From NCBI GenBank assembly GCA_965215005.1, contig CBDCCZ010000001.1:32001-96000 (forward strand): a stretch of 64,000 bases of DNA, given 5' to 3'. A model generated the notes under the pieces. The model was not told the origin of the DNA. It saw only the letters and a list, made by a program, of their open reading frames with translations, and made no database searches. The translations under genes were made by a program, and so were the position numbers. Shown one piece after another: positions 59,763 to 64,000 of this stretch (positions are counted from its first letter, which is position 1; each line of letters opens with the position of its first letter). The DNA comes from Kofleriaceae bacterium. GTDB lineage: Bacteria; Myxococcota_A; Polyangia; Haliangiales; Haliangiaceae.

Positions 59763-61007
59763 ATGACTAACTTCAAACGTGCGATATCCCTCGTTGCGGC
59801 CGGCGCTGCGTCGCTGGCGCTGGGCACCACCGCTCTCGCAGACCAGGAGAAGCAGTTGGACCCTATGGATGCTGAGGCCGCTCAGGCCGATGCACCGAAG
59901 CAAGGCGACGAGAAAGACACGGTCTTCTTCAAGCAAAGCTCGGCCAAGCTCACTCCTGCTGCCAAGAAAGACCTCGATACAATGGTCGAGTGGGCGAAAG
60001 CGAATCCAGACCAGAAGCTAGCGGTCGTCGGCTTCGCCAGTGAGCCCGGGACTGAGAAATACAACTTGAAGCTCAGCGAACGGCGCGCGAAAGCAGTCCG
60101 CGCGTATTTGAAGCTGAAGGGCATCGACGAGAGTCGCGTCGAGATCGATGCAATGGGCGAGAGCATCACTCCCTACGCGGTAGACGCGATGAACCGCCGT
60201 ACGGTGGTCTTTGGGGAGAAGGAGCAAGAGGCGGCGATGGAGGAGCAGCGCCAGAAGCAGCTCCTAATCATCGCTCAAGCGCAGCCTGCGCCCCAGGCGG
60301 ATGATGGGCCCGACGTGGTCGTGGTCGATACAAAGCCGGATGTCGTGGTGGTTGAAGACAACACGCCCTCGGAGCCGGTCGTGATCGAGAAGACCGAGAC
60401 CAAGACAGTCATGGTCGAAAACGACGACCCCACGTATGGAGATGACAGCTTTGCGAGCCGGTACGGCGTCGCGGTGTCTCTCGGTGGCGGTGTGATGGGC
60501 TTCACCAACGAAGACGTTCGTGGCTACACGGACACCGGCGGTACGTGGGAAGCACGGGCCACGTTCGGTACTCGTATGCCAATTGGTATTGAAGCGGCGT
60601 ACGTGGGTAGTGCACAAGATATCAATGCGCTAGGACTGGAAGGTAATGCCATCTTCCTAGGTAACGGCGGAGAAGGTGCAGTTCGTCTGCACATTCTTCC
60701 CAGTCAAGTGGTGCAGCCTTACGTCTTTGGCGGTCTAGGCTACACGCGCTACAGCTTAGTCAACGAAGACTCGAACACCTCGAATGTCGCCAACAGCCTT
60801 GATGTTGGTTACATTCCGGTTGGCGCTGGTGTCGGCTTCCGCTACGCGGGCTTCTTGTTCGACATTCGCGGAACGCTTCGCCCGGCATTCGGCGATGAGC
60901 TGTTCGAGACCAACGCCGGTGGCGGCGATGACAACCCCGACTTGCGCGTGGATGACTCGAACCTGACCAACTGGTCGGCTGCGGCGAAAGTGGGCTGGGA
61001 GTTCTAA
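59763..61007 (+). CDS. OmpA-like PG-binding domain plus C-terminal beta-barrel outer-membrane protein
   Basis: GGAGG RBS; signal peptide; YNLKLSERRA..V, NRRTV; barrel strands ending KVGWEF. Confidence 0.85.
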   Translation: MTNFKRAISLVAAGAASLALGTTALADQEKQLDPMDAEAAQADAPKQGDEKDTVFFKQSSAKLTPAAKKDLDTMVEWAKANPDQKLAVVGFASEPGTEKYNLKLSERRAKAVRAYLKLKGIDESRVEIDAMGESITPYAVDAMNRRTVVFGEKEQEAAMEEQRQKQLLIIAQAQPAPQADDGPDVVVVDTKPDVVVVEDNTPSEPVVIEKTETKTVMVENDDPTYGDDSFASRYGVAVSLGGGVMGFTNEDVRGYTDTGGTWEARATFGTRMPIGIEAAYVGSAQDINALGLEGNAIFLGNGGEGAVRLHILPSQVVQPYVFGGLGYTRYSLVNEDSNTSNVANSLDVGYIPVGAGVGFRYAGFLFDIRGTLRPAFGDELFETNAGGGDDNPDLRVDDSNLTNWSAAAKVGWEF

Positions 61008-61194
61008 GAGCGGAACTATCGAGTTAAGTTCTCCGTTCGTTTCTTAGGCGGAGCGATCGAGCCGGCTGGGCAGAGCTGCCATAGCCGGCTCGATTTCGTT
61101 TGCACCTCAGCCCTCAGCATCGAGGTCACTCGCGAGCGCCTCGGCTTTGAGCATTCGGGTCGCTCGCGAGCATTCGCGCCACCCGCGAGGTTCT

Positions 61195-61506
61195 TCAGCC
61201 TGGCGGGACGACGCCAGCGCACTCATCGGTGCAGGTGAAATCCTCTAGGCAGGACATGCCTTCGATGCAGGTCTCGCAAGCCATCGCCTGTTCATTGTAG
61301 GCGGCGCTCATGTCGCTCATCTGCTCGCAGTCATCGATGCACCCAGGCACATCAAACTCATCGGTCACACATTCATCGTACCGATTGCAGATGTCCGTGC
61401 AGTTGGCCAGCTCGTCGAGCTCCTGAACGGCCTCATCGCAGCCGGCGGCCAAGAGTGCGCTCGCGAACGAGCCTGCGAGAAATAGGTTACGGAATAATTT
61501 CCTCAT
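61195..61506 (-). CDS. Small acidic Cys-rich lipoprotein
   Basis: GGAG RBS; lipobox LAAGC; 10 further Cys. Confidence 0.8.
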   Translation of the reverse strand: MRKLFRNLFLAGSFASALLAAGCDEAVQELDELANCTDICNRYDECVTDEFDVPGCIDDCEQMSDMSAAYNEQAMACETCIEGMSCLEDFTCTDECAGVVPPG

Positions 61507-61791
61507 TGCATGTTCTCCGGTAGCTAGTACACCAGCGAGTCGCCGGCAGAGCGGGCACTGCCAAGGGTATGCCCAAGTTACGTGCGACTGCACAGCTGCG
61601 AAAGCAGCGATCAGGTCGTGGGCCGGCACTATACCAGCTGCTTGCACGATGCAGTCGTGCACGAGCGCGAAGAGCTACCGCGAGTGGCGCAGCGGCACGT
61701 GTGTGTCATGTTGGCCATTCTCGCAGCGCCGTTGGAAACGGGTTCCGTCCAGAGGGGCTTGGTTCTGGCTTTGCATCCGTCGTCGCGATCC

Positions 61792-62301
61792 GTGACGCAG
61801 CTCTGGGAGACTGTATGGCACGCGCTTCAGTTCGACTCGATGCGAGCAGCAAGCTACCTCGTGCACTTGACGGTCGCGTACGTGCTGGCCCTGCCGGTGG
61901 CGTGGGACCGCGAGCGTTCTACGGTATCGCTGGGGCTGCGGACGATTCCGCTGGTGGCCGTTGCGAGCTGCGCATTCATGCTCTTGGGCCTGGAGTTGGC
62001 GGCAGCAAGTGCCGACGCTCGTTCCCGCATCGTGCAGGGGATCATCACGGGCATCGGCTTTCTCGGCGGCGGCGCCATCCTCAAACAAGGCAACAGTATC
62101 CACGGCACCTCTACGGCAGCCTCCATTTGGACGACCGCTGCGCTGGGGGTGGCCGTTGCGCTGAACCGCTACGAGGTCGCGGTGCTGCTGTCAGTGGTCA
62201 GTTTCGCTACGTTGCGCTGGCTGAAGCGATTCAAGCCAACCGATGAGGGCCATTGCGAAGCCGAGGGCGGATCTAGTCACGATACTGTGATAGAACCCTA
62301 G
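61792..62301 (+). CDS. MgtC/SapB family membrane protein
   Basis: GLRT, SRIVQGIITGIGFLGGGAI, TAASIWTTAALG; start uncertain (61792 or 61840). Confidence 0.88.
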   Translation: MTQLWETVWHALQFDSMRAASYLVHLTVAYVLALPVAWDRERSTVSLGLRTIPLVAVASCAFMLLGLELAAASADARSRIVQGIITGIGFLGGGAILKQGNSIHGTSTAASIWTTAALGVAVALNRYEVAVLLSVVSFATLRWLKRFKPTDEGHCEAEGGSSHDTVIEP

Positions 62302-62332
62302 CCGGCATTTGCCGAAACAACGGAGAAGACAT

Positions 62333-62575
62333 ATGAAGAAACTATCTTTACTAGCGAGTCTATTGCTGGCGATCGGCGCCAGTGCCTGTGGTGGCAAGAG
62401 TGGCGAGGCCAACGAGCCGGTGGAGACCACCGAAGAGGCAGTGGAAGAGGGCTACGAGGAGACAGAAGAAGGCTTCGAAGCAGCCGGTGAGGAGACCGGC
62501 GACGCGCTCGAGGGCGCCGGGGATGAGGTGGAGGAGACTACCGATGAAGCCGAGTCCGAAACCGACGACTGGTAG
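62333..62575 (+). CDS. Small acidic disordered lipoprotein
   Basis: GGAG RBS; MKKLSLLASLLLAIGASAC; E/D-rich body. Confidence 0.8.
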   Translation: MKKLSLLASLLLAIGASACGGKSGEANEPVETTEEAVEEGYEETEEGFEAAGEETGDALEGAGDEVEETTDEAESETDDW

Positions 62576-62597
62576 GCGCTGATCGCCGAGTTGGCAG

Positions 62598-62867
62598 ATG
62601 CAGTCCACAGAGCTCGTAGGATGGGCCAGCTCGATCGTCCTGTTCGTGACGATCACTTACCAGGTCTTCAATCAGTGGCGTAGCGGCTCCAGCGAAGGAG
62701 TCTCGCCGCTGCTTTTCTGTGGGCAGATTGTCGCCTCCATAGGCTTCACGATCTATAGCGCTGTACTTGGCAATTGGGTCTTTTTGATTACGAACATCGG
62801 CTTAGTTACCAGCGCGGTGGTGGGGCTATGGATCCAATGGCGTCATCGCCGGGCTGAAGGCTCGTAG
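62598..62867 (+). CDS. SemiSWEET / PQ-loop-like 3-TM protein
   Basis: VGWASS..YQV..QWRSGSSEGVS, F.IY, NWVFLITN. Confidence 0.8.
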   Translation: MQSTELVGWASSIVLFVTITYQVFNQWRSGSSEGVSPLLFCGQIVASIGFTIYSAVLGNWVFLITNIGLVTSAVVGLWIQWRHRRAEGS

Positions 62868-62879
62868 GCCCCGGTGGCG

Positions 62880-62895
62880 TGGCACTGCGCGTGCA
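62880..62895 (+). promoter_or_regulatory. sigma54-like promoter
   Basis: TGGCACtgcgcGTGCA (GG-N10-GC). Confidence 0.6.
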
Positions 62896-62909
62896 GGGCC
62901 GCCTCGTCG

Positions 62910-63983
62910 ATGCCTACGAGCCCCGGTCGTTTCTCGAATAGCCACGGGACCTTCGCGGTCCGTGTCTTCATCGCCACGGTCGTAGTGGGCCTCGTCCTCT
63001 TGCTAGCGCTGCTAGTAAGCTACGCGACCACCGTTCTATTGGTGGGTTTCGCGGGTATCTTGGCGGCCGTCGCATGGAATGGCTGCTCGGCTGCTCTGGC
63101 GGAGCGCACGCGCTTGCCATACTGGGCAACCACGTTGATTGTGGCGCTGCTGGTAATCGCCATGGTTGTTGCCGCGGTCTTCATCCTCGGTGGCCGGGTA
63201 CTTCGCCAGTTCGACGCGCTCGTCACGCAGCTGCCGGCGGCCGTGAATGAGCTGCACCAGAGCATACAACAGACGTCATTTGGGCAACGGGCGCTGGAGC
63301 ACTTGCCGAGCCCCACTGAGATGCTCGCGCCCAGCGGCAGCTGGATGGGGCGGGTGACGAGTTTCTTTCGCACCGCGTTCGGGGTTGGCTTCGACCTGCT
63401 CATCATCCTGTTCATCGCGATCTACGGAGCTGCACGACCCGATGAGTACTTGCGAGGGCTATATCGGCTCTTTCCGCAGCAGCGGCGCCAGCGGGCACGA
63501 GAGGTAGTCAGTGCGTTGGCGCAAGCCTTACGACGGTGGTTGATCGGCCGATTCGCGTCCATGACGCTGGTCGGGCTCCTGACGTTTGTCGGGCTTTGGA
63601 TACTCGATATCCCGCTTGCGCTGACGCTGGGATTGTTCGCGGGCGCGGTCTGCTTCGTCCCCTACCTCGGACCGATTCTCTCCGCGCTCCCGCCAACCAT
63701 GATCGCCTTCTTGGACAGCCCTTCGCGCGCTGTTCAAGTGCTCATCTTGTTTGGTGTCATCCAGCTCGTTGAGAGCTTCTTGCTCACGCCACTAATTCAG
63801 CGTCGGGCAGTATCGGTGCCGCCGGCTCTACTGATTTCGGCACAGGCAATACTTGGGCTCCTCGCGGGAGTCATGGGCGTTGTGCTCGCCACTCCACTAC
63901 TGGTATCGCTGATCGTTCTCGTGCAAACACTGTACATCCAGTCGGTGCTCGAGGAGCCTGTGACTGTCGTGGGTGAGAAGTAG
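62910..63983 (+). CDS. AI-2E family transporter
   Basis: Multi-TM; FVPYLGPILS, QLVESFLLTPLIQ, GVMGVVLATP. Confidence 0.92.
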   Translation: MPTSPGRFSNSHGTFAVRVFIATVVVGLVLLLALLVSYATTVLLVGFAGILAAVAWNGCSAALAERTRLPYWATTLIVALLVIAMVVAAVFILGGRVLRQFDALVTQLPAAVNELHQSIQQTSFGQRALEHLPSPTEMLAPSGSWMGRVTSFFRTAFGVGFDLLIILFIAIYGAARPDEYLRGLYRLFPQQRRQRAREVVSALAQALRRWLIGRFASMTLVGLLTFVGLWILDIPLALTLGLFAGAVCFVPYLGPILSALPPTMIAFLDSPSRAVQVLILFGVIQLVESFLLTPLIQRRAVSVPPALLISAQAILGLLAGVMGVVLATPLLVSLIVLVQTLYIQSVLEEPVTVVGEK

Positions 63984-64000
63984 CGGCAAAAAAAACGGCG

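Noticed and set aside
63984..64000. A-tract followed by CGGCG, likely one arm of a minus-strand terminator
   Set aside because: Truncated by the window edge so the stem cannot be verified

Overview
GC-rich (roughly two-thirds GC by eye), gene-dense chromosomal window, most likely from a myxobacterium (Myxococcota). This is inferred from a MYXO-CTERM motif, many Cys-lipoproteins, FHA/zinc-ribbon proteins and tRNA-Arg(TCG). About 50 CDS and 2 tRNAs; I found no transposase, phage, rRNA or CRISPR signal. Contents: a partial CheB-CheR-PAS/GAF sensor; a tandem-repeat lipoprotein; a ferredoxin/TrxR-like flavoprotein; lipid and beta-oxidation genes, two loci carrying a FadR-box-like palindrome; a three-gene two-component operon led by an ETR1-type ethylene-binding-domain kinase; a zinc-ribbon/COG0523/FHA operon; exported TldD/TldE next to an orphan radical-SAM activase; a LeuD-LeuC fused aconitase-family enzyme; KamA; a Mo-bisPGD oxidoreductase coupled to a truncated hemoglobin; a large BPI/LBP-like lipoprotein with an internal MYXO-CTERM and second lipobox; and a stress-type cluster. 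Many genes look leaderless, from either -10-only or sigma54 promoters. All calls come from motif recognition by eye; no database searches were run and several start codons are best guesses.
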